Source: Eledone cirrhosa (taxonomy: Eukaryota). From it: a stretch of DNA of 64,000 nucleotides. The notes beneath the pieces are model-generated. The model was not told the origin of the DNA. It saw nothing but the letters and a program-made list of their open reading frames with translations, and searched no databases. The stretch is from the NCBI GenBank assembly GCA_964016885.1, contig OZ024745.1:131874001-131938000 (forward strand), given 5' to 3'. Shown here in pieces: positions 24,460 to 38,400 of the stretch. Numbering within the stretch: the stretch's first letter is position 1; the number at the start of each line of letters is the position of its first letter. The translations under genes and the position numbers were made by a program.

Positions 24460-24726
24460 ACGGTTTCTTTATTGGCCACAAGGGCTAACACAAAGAAAAC
24501 CATTAGAGACGGCACAGAATGATACAAAATGGGTTTTGGTGGTGTAAACAGGTTATAACAGGATAGAAATTAAAAAAATTCAAACAACAAAAATTCGCCA
24601 AAAAGGAAGAAACCTCAGAGGGTGACTGGTGGTGAAAACCACACAAAAGACCACGGTCACCCCCGACCACCAGGGAAAGTGTCCTCTCTCACTTTTCCCA
24701 CTCCTCAGTCTACAGGCATAAACTCA
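24460..24726 (-). mobile_element. Tx1-clade LINE 3' UTR fragment
   Basis: Paralogous to 25341-25870 (tttctttattggccacaaggg...ccccgaccaccagggaaagtgtcctctc). Confidence 0.75.
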
Positions 24727-25339
24727 TAATAATAGTAGTAATAGTAATAATAGTAGTAATAGTAGTAATAGTAATAGTAGTAATAGTAATAGTAGTAATA
24801 GTAGTAATAGTAGTAATAGTAGTAATAGTAATAGTAGTAATAGTAATAATAGTAGTAATAGTAGTAGTAGTAATAGTAGTAATAGTAATAGTAGTAATAG
24901 TAGTAATAATAGTAGTAGTAATAATAGTAATAGTAATAATAGTAATAGTAATAATAGTAATAGTAGTAATAATAGTAATAGTAGTAATAGTAGTAATAGT
25001 AGTAATAGTAGTAATAGTAGTAGTAGTAGTAGTAATAGTAGTAATAATAGTAATAGTAATAGTAGTAATAGTAGTAATAATAGTAATAGTAGTAATAGTA
25101 GTAATAATAGTAATAGTAGTAATAGTAGTAATAATAGTAGTAGTAATAGTAGTAATAATAGTAATAGTAATAATAGTAATAGTAGTAATAGTAATAATAG
25201 TAATAGTAGTAATAGTAGTAATAGTAATAGTAATAGTAGTAATAGTAGTAATAATAATGGTAATAGTAGTAATAGTAATAGTAACAATAGTAATAATAGT
25301 AATAGTAATAATAATAATAATAGTAGTTATAGTAATAGT
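24727..25339. repeat. (TAA/TAG)n compound microsatellite
   Basis: Direct reading. Confidence 0.97.
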
Positions 25340-25340
25340 G

Positions 25341-26543
25341 CTTTCTTTATTAACCACAAGGGTTTACACAAAGTGAGACAGTACAGGACAATACAGGACA
25401 GTACAGGACAGTACAGGACAATACAAGACAATACAAGACAGTACAAGACAGTACAAGACAGTACAAGACAGTACAAGACAATACAAGACAGTACAAGACA
25501 ATACAAGACAGTACAGGACAATACAAGACAATACAAGACAGTACAAGACAGTACAAGACAATACAAGACAGTACAAGACAGTACAAGACAATACAAGACA
25601 GTACAGGACAGTACAAGACAGTACAAGACAGTACAAGACAGTACAGGACGGTACAGGACACAACAGGACGGTACAAGTGGGCATTTCTGTGTGTAAAAAA
25701 ACAAAAACAGAGGATGTAACAAAAAAAGAAACAATGAAAAATTCCCTAATAGGGGGAAGACTTCCGAGGGCCATCACGGAGAAAACCCATTAAAAAGCCA
25801 CGGTGACCCTGACCACCAGGGCAAGTGTCCTCTCCCAGTTTTCCACCTTCAATTTACAGACATATACTCAGAGTAGGCCCATTCACTCGGGCCATTCTTG
25901 CCTCTCTCACCCATCTTTCAACAAGATGCTGGGAAGAGAGCACCTCCCTCTCTACCCTGATTTTCCTTTTCAAATGAAATTTGAAAAAGTTAATCAGGGC
26001 ATCACCGAAGAGGTAAGTGCTTGTCTTCAGCCCTTTCAAACGTGTCCACCATACTATCTCTTTCGCCATGGCCACCAGACAGATAAAAACTGCCTGCCCT
26101 TCCCGGCTAAAGGAAGAGGGCGGGGCAATCCTCACCATGGACTCAGCTGGATCCGTTCTACACGCGACAGCAGGTGTTCGACATAAACCCACAAATCAGC
26201 AATGCTCGGACACTGAACGAGTGCATGCAGGACAGTTTCGTCGCCCTGCGCACATCTCAGACATGCCTGGCTGACGGCAGTTCCATGCCTGTAGAGTTTA
26301 TCCTGAACTGGCAAAGCTCCTCGGTAGCACTGCCAGGCTAGGGATTTCTGGAAATTGTCCATAGGCCCCGGCCCAAAAGTTCTTCTGAAGAGATTGGATA
26401 GTTGATTTTCGTTGACGCCTAGAGTTTCCCAAAGTACGTCGTCGCTCTCCCCCTCCACTAATCCTCTATAGAACGCCAAGGTGGAGTTTCCACCGATCAC
26501 ATTGCCCGACTGGTCGAGGGCTGTGAGTGCCTGAAGACATTCC
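25341..26543 (-). mobile_element. Tx1/L1-clade LINE, 5'-truncated copy with ORF2 C-terminal zf-RVT
   Basis: ORF 26132-26500 has LAWQCYRGALPVQDKL...CLRC...ETVLHALVQC...LW, a CxxC-H-C zinc finger. AATAAA is at the 3' end. TSD agtaatagtg at 25331-25340 and 26544-26553. Confidence 0.88.
25375..25677. repeat. 10-bp minisatellite (gtacaagaca), about 30 copies, inside the LINE 3' UTR
   Basis: Direct reading. The array is absent from paralogues at 24460 and about 43100. Confidence 0.95.
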
Positions 26544-26909
26544 AGTAATAGTGATAATAGTAATAATAATAATAGTGAATATAAGTGTCACTTAGATGAA
26601 AAAGAGTAAGAAAAGCCAGCCAAAAATAAAATACACAACTACATATAAACTAATTTTTATTTTTTATTTTTGTACATGTCAGTGAAATAATTTATTATTG
26701 GGCCAGAAGATCAGTTGACCTTTGCTATTGACAGATGAGGGGAAAAGAGGAGCATGGTTTCCTGGATGTACTTTCCTTAAGTCAGAGAACCATTATGAAA
26801 CATCGATTTATGTCTCTGGGGAGAGAAAAGAGATATTCAACATAGAAGACAAAGTTAAGCCAATCAAAGAGAGTTGCATACAGGCTGTATTTAATGAGAG
26901 AGAGGGTGA

Positions 26910-27056
26910 AGGAGGGTGGTTGAAGGAGAGGGAGAGGGTGGTTGAAGGAGAGGGAGGGTGGTTGCAGGAGAGGGAGGGTGGTTGAAGGAGAGGGAGGGTG
27001 GTTGAAGGAGAGGGAGGGTGGTTGAAAGAGAGGGAGAGAGGGTGGTTGAAAGAGAG
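26910..27056. repeat. 20-bp purine-rich minisatellite, about 7 copies
   Basis: Unit ggagggtggttgaaggagag. Confidence 0.9.
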
Positions 27057-27170
27057 AGTACTTGAAAGTGTTATATATATATATATATATGCACACACAC
27101 ATTCATATATTTCCATATGCATATATATATACATACACACACATATATATAGAGAGAGAAAGAGAGAGAT

Positions 27171-27214
<44 letters not shown>

Positions 27215-27938
27215 TACTTGAAAGAGAGTGTTATATATAATATGCATACACACACGCATAAATATATACACACATTCATGCATGTGCATGTACAAACATA
27301 CATACATATATATATATACACATATATATATATATATATGTATGTAGAGAGAGAGAGAGAGAGAGAGAGTGAGAGAGAGAGAGAGAGAGAGATGTGACTA
27401 AGGTGAATGACAATGAAAGCTTTCTGATATAATCAAAGAGTTTGTGCTAATATATTAACAGTGAATTCCTGATATTTCTTTTGGGTTCTTTCCAACCGGC
27501 TCCTCTGTACACATCTTCAACCAACTCATCAGATGAATAAAAGAATGTTTCGATCAATAATCAATCTTAATCAATATGTCGGTCATCTAATAGCACAAGT
27601 GGGAGGTCAGCAGTGCAGCTGTAGAGTGGTGTGTGTGTGTTGGGCAGCGGCAGTAGATGATTGAGAGCATATGTTTATGTAGATGACCTGTTAGTTCTAT
27701 ACATTGATGAAGCTATTTACATTTATGACCACGGTGGGTGGGTTGGGATAGTTGAACCTCTCTCTCATTCACAAGTGTCTTCGGCCTAAACCTCCCCACA
27801 CACCTTAATAACTAGACCACTTCCTTCAGCTGTGGTGAAAAGCTCTGTAAAGAATTAATAGACATCGTAGACAGATATATAGGACCAGCAAATCAAAAAA
27901 AGCCAGTTTTCCATGATGCAATAGTCTTTCTTATTCTA

Positions 27939-28745
27939 ATAATTGTTTCTACATTTGGCACAAGGCCAGCAATTACCCCAGTGCATTACTGGTACTTTAT
28001 TTTATCGGCCCCATAAGGATGAAAGGCAAAGTTAACCTCGGCGGGATTTGAACTCAGAATGGCAAGGGCCGTAACTCTTTGCTGCAAAGCATGGTATCTG
28101 ACCCTCTACAGATACTGCCAATCCACCGGTCTTGTTGTAATGATAATGGTTTCTGATTTAGACACTAGGCCAACAATTTGGGGCAAGGGAAAGTTGATTA
28201 AAGTGCATTACTGGTACTTTATTTTATTAACCTCGTAAGGATGAAAGGCAAAGCAAGCCTTGGTGGGATTTGAACTCAGAACGTAAAGGGCCGAAACTTT
28301 ATGCTGCAAGCATGTTGTCCGACGTTCTACAGATTACTGTCAATCCACCACCCTTAATAGTTTCTAATTTAAGCACAAGGCCAACAATCTGTGGGGAAGA
28401 GAAAGTCTCATGCATTAACCACAGTATATGACTGGTACTTTATTTTATTGATCTTGCTGGGATTTGAATTTAGAATATAAAGGGCCATAACTAAATGATG
28501 TAAAGCACTTTCACACTAAATATCCTGCCAATCCACAGCCCCATAATGGTTTCTAGCATTGGTACAAAGCTACACATTTTAGGAAAGAATATAGACCATT
28601 AATTTGATTCTAGTATGACTGATGCTGGAACTCCAGAAGAATAAAAGACTAAGTCACATTTGATATTTGAACTTAGAAATGTCAAGGAATGATATGAAAA
28701 TACTGCAAAGTATTTTGTATGGCACTCTATTGACAGCTCCGATAT
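27939..28745 (-). mobile_element. Four head-to-tail SINE family A copies
   Basis: Copies at about 27939-28128, 28145-28354, 28356-28545 and 28545-28745. Each starts gtttct..ttt(a/g)gcacaagg, and degeneracy increases rightwards. Confidence 0.85.
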
Positions 28746-28965
28746 TATGGGCATGTGGTTAGAAGCAACCACTTCCAACTAATCCAGCTGGATCCCCAAG
28801 CAAGACCAGCTGATGTTATCTAACCATCTTGCTCGAGGTCTACCCGTGATTCTTTCCTGAGAAACATGCCCATAATATTGGAGCTGTGACCTCTAAATAC
28901 AGAGAAGTAGTGGCTCTACCTGGAGCAACTTTCTGATCTCTGTGTTATGCACTCCCTCCAGTAAC
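28746..28965 (-). mobile_element. RTE (Expander-like) LINE fragment
   Basis: Paralogous to 41290-41550 (tccagctggat...ttctttcctgaga...gagaagtagtggctctacctggag). Confidence 0.75.
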
Positions 28966-29121
28966 ATTACTCAAAGGACCCTTCAGCAATACAGCTAAAT
29001 AAAATAAACCATTTAGTCCACTGCTTTATTAATTCTGTCATCCATTGAATTTCTAACTCTGGTACAAAGCTAAACATTTGGAAGGGTATAGAGAGGAGAA
29101 TAGTCAAATAACTTGACTGAT

Positions 29122-29413
29122 CATGGGCGGCCTCAGCCGAAATCAATTCAACAATTGATCTCCACGTGGGTCTATTATCCATTGCCGTTGCCAAGTCCTG
29201 GATTTCAATACCAGAATATCGGGATAGGAGAGCTTGTGGTTTCCACAGTACTAATGGGGACACAGTGTCAGAAGTGGCACGATGGCAGTGGCCAGCAAAT
29301 CTTACTCTTCTTTTACAACAACAGATATGTGTAAGAGGCTGGCATATATCTCTCTCAAAGTCAGATGACGCAAGCTTATGTTCTGAATGTGTCGAAGTAG
29401 GCAAGTGTAGAAT
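29122..29413 (-). mobile_element. RTE-clade LINE 3' fragment inserted in a SINE
   Basis: RRVRFAGHCHRA...LVLWKP...AMDNRPTWRSIV. An 11-bp TSD acttgactgat is at 29111-29121 and 29414-29424. Confidence 0.8.
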
Positions 29414-30054
29414 ACTTGACTGATACTTTATCAATCCCTTCTCTCCAAAGAATGAAAAACAAAAATGATCCTGGTAGGGTTTAAATAACAATGTAAAGGG
29501 ACAGTTTATTCACTGCTGAAATTTCAAAATATTTATGACAAATATAAGAAAGGAAACACCTTCATTGTAGAAGCTATAAAGTTCTTCAGATATTTATGGA
29601 TTGCCTCAATTAAATTATGGGGCTTCTAGATACACTAACACACACATATGAATAAATAGGCATACTTGAGAGTTCTCTGGTTTGTGTTTCTATTAAGTTT
29701 CCTTTGATCTCTGATTCCTATCACACCTGTCCAGTGGCTCCCTTCAAACACTATTTATTCCTCTTCTGACACAACTGACCACACCTATTATCAACATCCA
29801 TTTATCATCCCATCTCTCCACCTGTCTTATCACACATTATATATTCATTCTGATCCATATCCAACGATCCTTTGACACACAACATCCATTCATCTTCTAT
29901 CACATGTCACCTTCTCTCTTCTATCACATGTCACCTTCTCTCTTTTATCACAAACTCAGTTATCCAACCACTCTCCAGCCTGTATCTCACATTTCTATCA
30001 CTAAATATGCTGATGTTTAGTATTATCTGGAAAGAGATCTTGGTAAGGAGGGGG

Positions 30055-31630
30055 GGGTAAGGGAGTGGTGTTGGTAGGGTAGTAGTGTTGGTAAGGGAGT
30101 GGTGTTGGTAGGGGTGGTGGTGTTGGTAGAGGAGTGGTGTTGGTAGAGGAGTGGTTTGGTAGGGGAGTGGTGTTGGTAGGGGGTGTTGGTAGGGGAGTGG
30201 TGTTGGTAGGGGGTGTTGGTAGGGGAGTGGAGTTGGTAGGGGAGTGGTGTTGGTAGGGGAGTGGTGTTGGTAGGGGAGTGGTGTTGGTAGGGGAGTGGTG
30301 TTGGTAGGGGGTGTTGGTAGGGGAGTGGTGTTGGTAGGGGAGTGGTGTTGGTAGAGGAGTGGTGTTGGTAGGGGAGTGGTGTTGGTAGGGTAGTGGTGTT
30401 GGTAGGGGAGTGGTGTTGGTAGGGGAGTGGTGTTGGTAGGGGAGTGGTGTTGGTAGAGGAGTGGTGTTGGTAGGGGTGGTGGTGTTGGTTGGGGTGGTGG
30501 TGTTGGTAGGGGAGTGGTGTTGGTAGGGGAGTGGTGTTGGTAGGGGAGTGGTTGTGGTAGGGGAGTGGTGTTGGTAGGGGAGTGGTGTTGGTAGGGGAGT
30601 GGTGTTGGTTGGGGTGGTGGTGTTGGTAGAGGGGTGGTGTTGGTAGGGGAGTGGTGTTGGTTGGGGTGTTGGTGTTGGTAGGGGAGTGGTGTTGGTAGGG
30701 GAGTGGTTGTGGTAGGGGAGTGGTGTTGGTAGGGGAGTGGTGTTGGTAGGGGAGTGGTGTTGGTTGGGGAGTGGTGTTGGTAGAGGGGTGGTGTTGGTAG
30801 GGGAGTGGTGTTGGTAGGGGAGTGGTGTTGGTAGGGTAGTGGTGTTGGTAGGGGAGTGGTGTTGGTAGGGGTGGTGGTGTTGGTAGGGGTGGTGGTGTTG
30901 GTAGAGGGGTAGTGTTGGTAGGGGAGTGGTGTTGGTTGGGGTGGTGGTGTTGGTAGAGGGGTGGTGTTGGTAGGGGAGTGGTGTTGGTAGGGGAGTGGTG
31001 TTGGTAGAGGGGTGTTGGTAGGGGAGTGGTGTTGGTAGGGGTGGTGGTGTTGGTAGGGGTGGTGGTGTTGGTAGAGGGGTAGTGTTGGTAGGGGAGTGGT
31101 GTTGGTTGGGGTGGTGGTGTTGGTAGAGGGGTGGTGTTGGTAGGGGAGTGGTGTTGGTAGGGGAGTGGTGTTGGTAGAGGGGTGGTGTTGGTAGGGGAGT
31201 GGTGTTGGTAGGGGAGTGGTGTTGGTAGGGTAGTGGTGTTGGTAGGGTAGTGGTGTTGGTAGGGGAGTGGTGTTGGTAGAGGGGTGTTGGTAGGGGAGTG
31301 GTGTTGGTAGGGGTGGTGGTGTTGGTAGGGGTGGTGGTGTTGGTAGAGGGGTAGTGTTGGTAGGGGAGTGGTGTTGGTAGGGGAGTGGTGTTGGTAGGGG
31401 AGTGGTGTTGGTAGGGGAGTGGTGTTGGTAGGGGTGGTGTTGGTAGGGGAGTGGTGTTGGTAGAGGGGTGTTGGTAAGGGAGTGGTGTTGGTAGGGGAGT
31501 GGTTGTGGTAGGGAAGTGGTTTTGGTAGGGGAGTGGTGTTGGTAGGGGTGGTGGTGTTGGTAGGGGTGGTGGTGTTGGTATAGGTGTGGTGTTGGTAGAG
31601 GGGTGGGGTAGGAGAATGGTATTGGTAGGT
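30055..31630. repeat. G-rich 17-bp minisatellite, roughly 90 units
   Basis: Unit ggggagtggtgttggta with 14-20 bp variants. The + strand has essentially no C across the array. Confidence 0.97.
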
Positions 31631-32444
31631 CAGTATTGGACTGTATTGACAAAACTAACTTCAAAATAGTTTAAAACAATACAAAAGTACATAAAAGCCA
31701 GCCTTAACCTACTCAACTTTTACAGGTCAGAGTAGAAATTCCTAGTTAGGAGCTTACTTGAAATGATGGCGTTATCTTCTACTTCCAAAAAAACTAACGT
31801 TATCAATGTTTTTAAAATATAACTTTATATCAGTCTCTAAACTGAAGTGTCCAGTTGGAATAACCAATGATATATCTGTTGCATCTTGGTGCCCTTAACA
31901 TCTCGGTTGACCATTCCTCCCTTAACATTGGTTGACCATTCCTCCCTTAACACCAGTTGACTATTCCTCTTCTATTTCACAACATTGCCATAGAAGGAAC
32001 ACTGTTACAATTCCAATAAGATAACAAATCACACCTACACACATGCAGAAACACACACAAACACACAGACAGAGAGAGAGATAGAGAGAGAGAGAGATAC
32101 ATACACGCACACAAACAAATACGGACACACACACAAACAAATACGGACACACACAAACACACACACACACACAAGCACAGACACTTGACCAAACACACAC
32201 AGAAAGTGCAAGGCTAACACTAACATCTCTCCAGACAATTTGGATATTTTCCATTTTCCAATCTGATATATACAGAATACTTTCTAAATAACAATTTAAA
32301 ATATTGAGCAATTGAGATACTAATTTATAACAACAACAACCACAATAACAACATCAACAACCACAATAACAACAACAATAACAACAACATCAACAACAAT
32401 AACAACAACATCAATAATAATAATAACAACCACATCAACAATAA

Positions 32445-33400
32445 TAATAATTGTTTCTATTTTGGCACAAGGCCAGCAATTTGAGGGGAAGGGGAAAGTC
32501 AATCAAATCGACCCAGTGCATAACTGGTACTTTATTTTATAGATTCTGTAAGGATGAAAGGCAAAGCCAAGCTTGGTGGGATTTGAACTCAGAACATAAA
32601 AGTTATATATTCCTTTATATTCTGAGTTCAAATCCAACCAAGGTCTACTTTGCCTTTCATCCTTACGGGTTCGATAAAATAAAGTACCAGTAATGTACTG
32701 GGTTCAATCTAATCAATTTGCCTCTCCACCCAAAAAAATGTTTGGCCTTGTGCCTGAATCAGAAACAATTCATATGATTATAGTAGTTAATTGTGGTAGA
32801 TTGGCAATGTCGGTAGAGTGTCAGACAGCATGCTTGTGACATAGAGTTATGGCCCTTTATGTTCAGAGTTCAAATCCTGGCAAGGTTTTCTCTGTCTTTC
32901 ATTCCTATGGAGTCAATAAAATAAAGTACCAGTAATATACTGAGGTTGATTTAACTGACTTGCTCCTTCCCGTGCCTAAATCAGAAACCAAAACTATTGT
33001 TGTTGTTAAGGGTGGTGGTTTGGCAGAATCAGTAGAGCATCGGTCAACATACTTTATGTCATAGAGTAAAGTGTAGGAGTGACGACAAAAAGCACTGTAA
33101 ATGTGGTTGGGATTAGGGCATCCAGCCATAGAAAGGAAGCAAGAAACAGTTCTGTATGAGCAAGACATGGTCACCTCACCTGACTCACATGAGACAACCC
33201 ATCTAACCCATGCTAGCGTGGAAAATGGACATTAAACGACGATGATGAGGATGTGAGTTCAAACTCTGCTGAGGTTAGCTCTGCCTTTCATCTTTACACA
33301 GTTGATAAAATAAAGTACCAGTAATGCACTGGGGTCGATTTAGTTGACTTTGCTCTCCCCAAAAATTGCTGGCCTTGTGCCTAAATCAGAGGTCATTATT
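32445..33400. mobile_element. Cluster of SINE family A copies (one minus, three plus) with an RTE-tailed insert
   Basis: Copies at 32445-32600(-), 32612-32770(+) and 32790-32990(+). 33008-33395(+) is split by 33075-33255. Confidence 0.82.
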
Positions 33401-33746
33401 GTTGTTGTTTACATGTGAGGCATGCATCTCTAGCACCTACTCCTTGAGCATTTCTCTTTGTACCCTCTCTTCCCAAATTTACTAATCCAATCTACCTCAA
33501 TGTCAGAATATAAAAAAAAAAAAATCAATCAGATCTTCTTTTTTTGCACACATGATATTGATGTCGGCTTCCTTCCTCGAGCTTTTCATTTCCAATCATT
33601 TTTATGAATCAATAGTACAGGTTTATATCGGTAGCAAAATTAATGGGAAGATTGTACATGTCACACTGACAGCATGTATCATAAATGACAGTGGCACCTT
33701 GCATCTTTGAAAAAAATTATACAAACATTATATATATATATATATA

Positions 33747-34088
33747 TCATCATCATCATCATCATTTCATTTTACGTCCGCTTTTCCCTGCTTGCAAGGG
33801 TGGGACGGGAACTGATACTGGCTTGATTTCTACAGCTGGATGCCCTTCCTAACACCAACCTCATTTACAGTGAGTGCTGGGTGCTTTTTTGCCGTGGCAC
33901 CTACACGACCACTTTGCAGTGGAATGATAAGGACCTCAGTCCCTAGCATCTCATTTCTACAGCTGAGTAAACTGGAGCAATGTGAAATAAAGTGTCTTGC
34001 TCAAGGAAACAACACACCACCCGGTCTGAGAATTGAACTCACAACCTTTCGATTGCAAGGCCAATGCTCTAACCACTAAGCCATGTGC
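33747..34088 (-). mobile_element. Composite SINE family B, full length
   Basis: Nearly colinear with 6821-7166 and inserted in (TA)n. Confidence 0.88.
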
Positions 34089-34839
34089 ATATATATATAT
34101 ATATATAAATATATATATTTGGGGAGGGTCATATTTGCGTAATATTGCCAGAATTAATAACAGAACACACTCGCCGCTAAATATATATACATATATATAT
34201 ATATATATACATACATATATATATGGTGGCTGCCAACTCGTTTTCGAGTACGGCCACTACTTTATATCTATGTAGGAGAACCCCTACCGATGCGCTGAAC
34301 GAGTGTGACTTTTTAGTCCAGCCAGCGACTTGAACACTTCTCTGGTACAAACACTACACTTGTGACAATTATTGACACATAGTGCTGGGCCCATGGTACC
34401 ATGTGATGACAAGTGCAGAGAGATTTCCAGATATAAAGCAATGCCTGTGCCGTGAAGCTTTTATAGTGAGCAAAGGCACTGCACAAAACCAGTCCCACTC
34501 TCTTAACCAAGATGATATTTACCAAAAAGAAGAACAAGTCAACATCATTGGATACCATCAGGGTTGCAGGTGTTATATCAGAGTTTTCCTCTTCCTAGAA
34601 TTCTGCCTTGACAAAGGCTAAGGGGTCATCTCTCCTGGTGATTTTGGATGGCCATTGACTCTTAAGAGCTCCTTTTCCCTTTGAGAGGTTTTGTTTTTAG
34701 TCCTGCAGGATGTCCAAAGTAACCTTCCTCACCAAGAAACCTTGGTGGGGTTGCCAGTTTAGTTGCCAACGAGTTTATTTGCCAGTTTAGTTGCCATGAG
34801 ACAGGTTGTACTGGGATACATGTTACCAGTAGCACCAAC

Positions 34840-35850
<1,011 letters not shown>

Positions 35851-36163
35851 TATTAGTATAGATTATGATATATGACATATCTGTGTCTCTTTTCTGAACA
35901 GATCAATGAACCTGTTAAGCTAGCTGATTATAGAGAGAGGAAAATATATAGCTAAAGTAATCATTATATACAAGTTGTGATGAAACCTCGCTCAGCAATT
36001 TAACTAAACTTTATAGGATTCAGGTTAATACTATTCCAACTCCTTAGTTCTTCCTCTTCTTTTCCCAATGGAGCACTTCCTGTTGAATCTTCTATCAGTT
36101 TCAACATTGAGGATTCCATTGGAACATAATGTAAGGAATTGACTTTTCAACAGATGTGTATTT

Positions 36164-36389
36164 TTAACCCTTTCATGACAGCATTTCTAATGAAATATAC
36201 TCTATTTTAATTAATTAATGAAGTATGAAAAATTATTAATAATTTCATTACCAAAACAGTAACTTAATGTAAGGTCTTATAGAAAATTACGTTGGAAGAT
36301 TTTAGTTTAAATTGGAAATTTGTAAAATAGGTGGTTTTATTTCCTAGAAGTGGAACTGGTTTTGGTTGGGTTGGTAACTAATGGGTTAA
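36164..36389. mobile_element. piggyBac-type MITE
   Basis: TTAAccctttcatgac ... gtaactaatgggTTAA. Same family as 51117-52066. Confidence 0.7.
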
Positions 36390-36559
36390 CAGAAGAATCC
36401 ACAAGATTCAATGTCACAGCATGATATATGTTTGACTGTTTTAATTACTGGTATAATATGTTTGAAAAGCTTCTATACATTCTTCTTCTATTCCTACTTA
36501 TTCCAGTGAAGGTTATGGGGTAAGGGTCCTCAGACAAAGGAAATTCATGAGTGTATTGT

Positions 36560-36840
36560 GTAAACATTAGTTCATAAATACCCGCCATATTCAATGGTGA
36601 AGATGTGGTGGGGGGCAACTCTGAGTAAATTCTGAAACTGAAGATGCAGTATGGTCTAGGAGATCATCAATAAAGTCAAACCCCTGAAATCATGAAGACC
36701 ATGATTTAAACTTGGCTGGTCAACAGATCTCAGCTAAATCTATTGCTGAAACACAATAGATAACCAGTGAATGTATTGAGTTTATAATCGACAAGCATTT
36801 AGATATATAGATGTCAGCCAAATGGTTGCCAAAATGCTTC
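36560..36840 (+). pseudogene. mariner transposase N-terminal relic
   Basis: HDLNLAGQQISAKSIAETQ*ITSECIEFIIDKHLDI*MSAKWLPKC resembles the mariner second HTH and WVPHEL linker, with in-frame stops. Confidence 0.75.
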
Positions 36841-37301
36841 GCTGGTTGGGTAATGTTAGTGTACAAGAATGGTAAAGCACAAATGAACTGAGAAGAAAAC
36901 TGGGCACAAAGGGTAATCAGATATGGTATCTAATTCAGGAGAAAACATTGTGCTGGTATTAACCTCAATAAAGAGATGACAAAGAAAGAAATTGAGAGAT
37001 GCTGAACTGGAGATCTGTTTAACTTATGCAAGCATTGAAAAATGGATGTTAAAACAATAACAATGCTGATTTAGCCTAACATAGTAAAGCTATTCTGTTG
37101 ATATATTATATAGACTATGGTAACCTGTTACAGCTTCAATGGCATGGGTTGGATGGACTTTTTTGAGGTAATGTTTTACAGGCAGTTGTCCTTCCTCATA
37201 CTTTTTTTTATGACATACTGGGATACAGTGTAGTTTTGCTAAACCAAATATACATGAGTGTTATGGGTATAAGTACCAAATACTCATGAGTATTAATGGT
37301 T

Positions 37302-38400
37302 CAAGTACCAGACAGACACATGTGGTAAGGGTACAAGTACCAGACAGACATATGTGTTAAGGGTACAAGTACCAGGCAGATACATGCGGTAAGGGTACAA
37401 GTACCAGATAGACTCATGTGGTAAGGGTACAAGTACCAGACAGACACATGTGGTAAGAGTACAAGTACCAGACATACACATGTAGTAAGGGTACAAGTAC
37501 CGGACAGACACATGTAGTAAGGGTACAAGTACCATACAGACACATGTGGTAAGGGTACAAGTAGCATACAGACACATGTGGTAAGCGTACAAGTACCATA
37601 CAGACACATGTGGTAAGGATACAAGTACCAGACAGACGCATGTGGTAAGAGTACAAGTAACATACAGACACATGTGGTAAGGGTACAAGTACCAGACAGA
37701 CACATGTGGTAAGGGTACAAGTACCATACAGACACATGCGGTAAAGGTACAAGTACCAGACATACACATGTGGTAAGGGTACAAGTACTAGACAGACACA
37801 TGTGGTAAGAGTACAAGTACCATACAGACACATGCGGTAAAGGTACAAGTACTAGACAGACACATGTGGTAAGGGTACAAGTACCAGACAGACACATGTA
37901 GTAAGAGTACAAGTACCAGACAGACATATGTGGAAAGGGTACAAGTACCAGACTGGCACATGTGGTAAGGGTACAAGTACTAGACAGATACATGTAGTAA
38001 GAGTACAAGTACCATACAGACACATGCGGTAAAGGTACAAGTACCAGACAGACACATGTGGTAAGGGTACAAGTACCAGGCAGACACATGTAGTAAGAGT
38101 ACAAGTACCAGACAGACATATGTGGAAAGGGTACAAGTACCAGACTGGCACATGTGGTAAGGGTACAAGTACCGGACAGACACATGTAGTAAGGGTACAA
38201 GTACCAGACAGACACATGTAGTAAGGGTACAAGTACCAGACAGATACATGTAGTAAGAGTACAAGTACCAGACAGACATATGTGGTAAGGGTACAAGTAC
38301 CAGACTGGCACATGTGGTAAGGGTACAAGTACCAGACAGACACATGTAGTAAGGGTACAAGTACCAGACAGGCACATGTGGTAAGGGTACAAGCACCAGA
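37302..38400. repeat. 32-bp minisatellite, about 34 copies
   Basis: Unit gtacaagtaccagacagacacatgtggtaagg, with decayed units on both flanks. Confidence 0.97.

Noticed and set aside
24710-25777. Poly-L/IT and VLYCLVLSC ORFs
   Set aside because: Microsatellite and 10-bp repeat artefacts.
29931-31664. 577-aa Pro/Thr/His-rich ORF (extensin- or mucin-like)
   Set aside because: It lies almost entirely in a 17-bp minisatellite. The unit length is not a multiple of 3 and the C-rich strand lacks stops by composition.
35902-35955. Possible terminal exon INEPVKLADYRERKIYS* after a pyrimidine tract
   Set aside because: Too short, with no donor, homology or other support.
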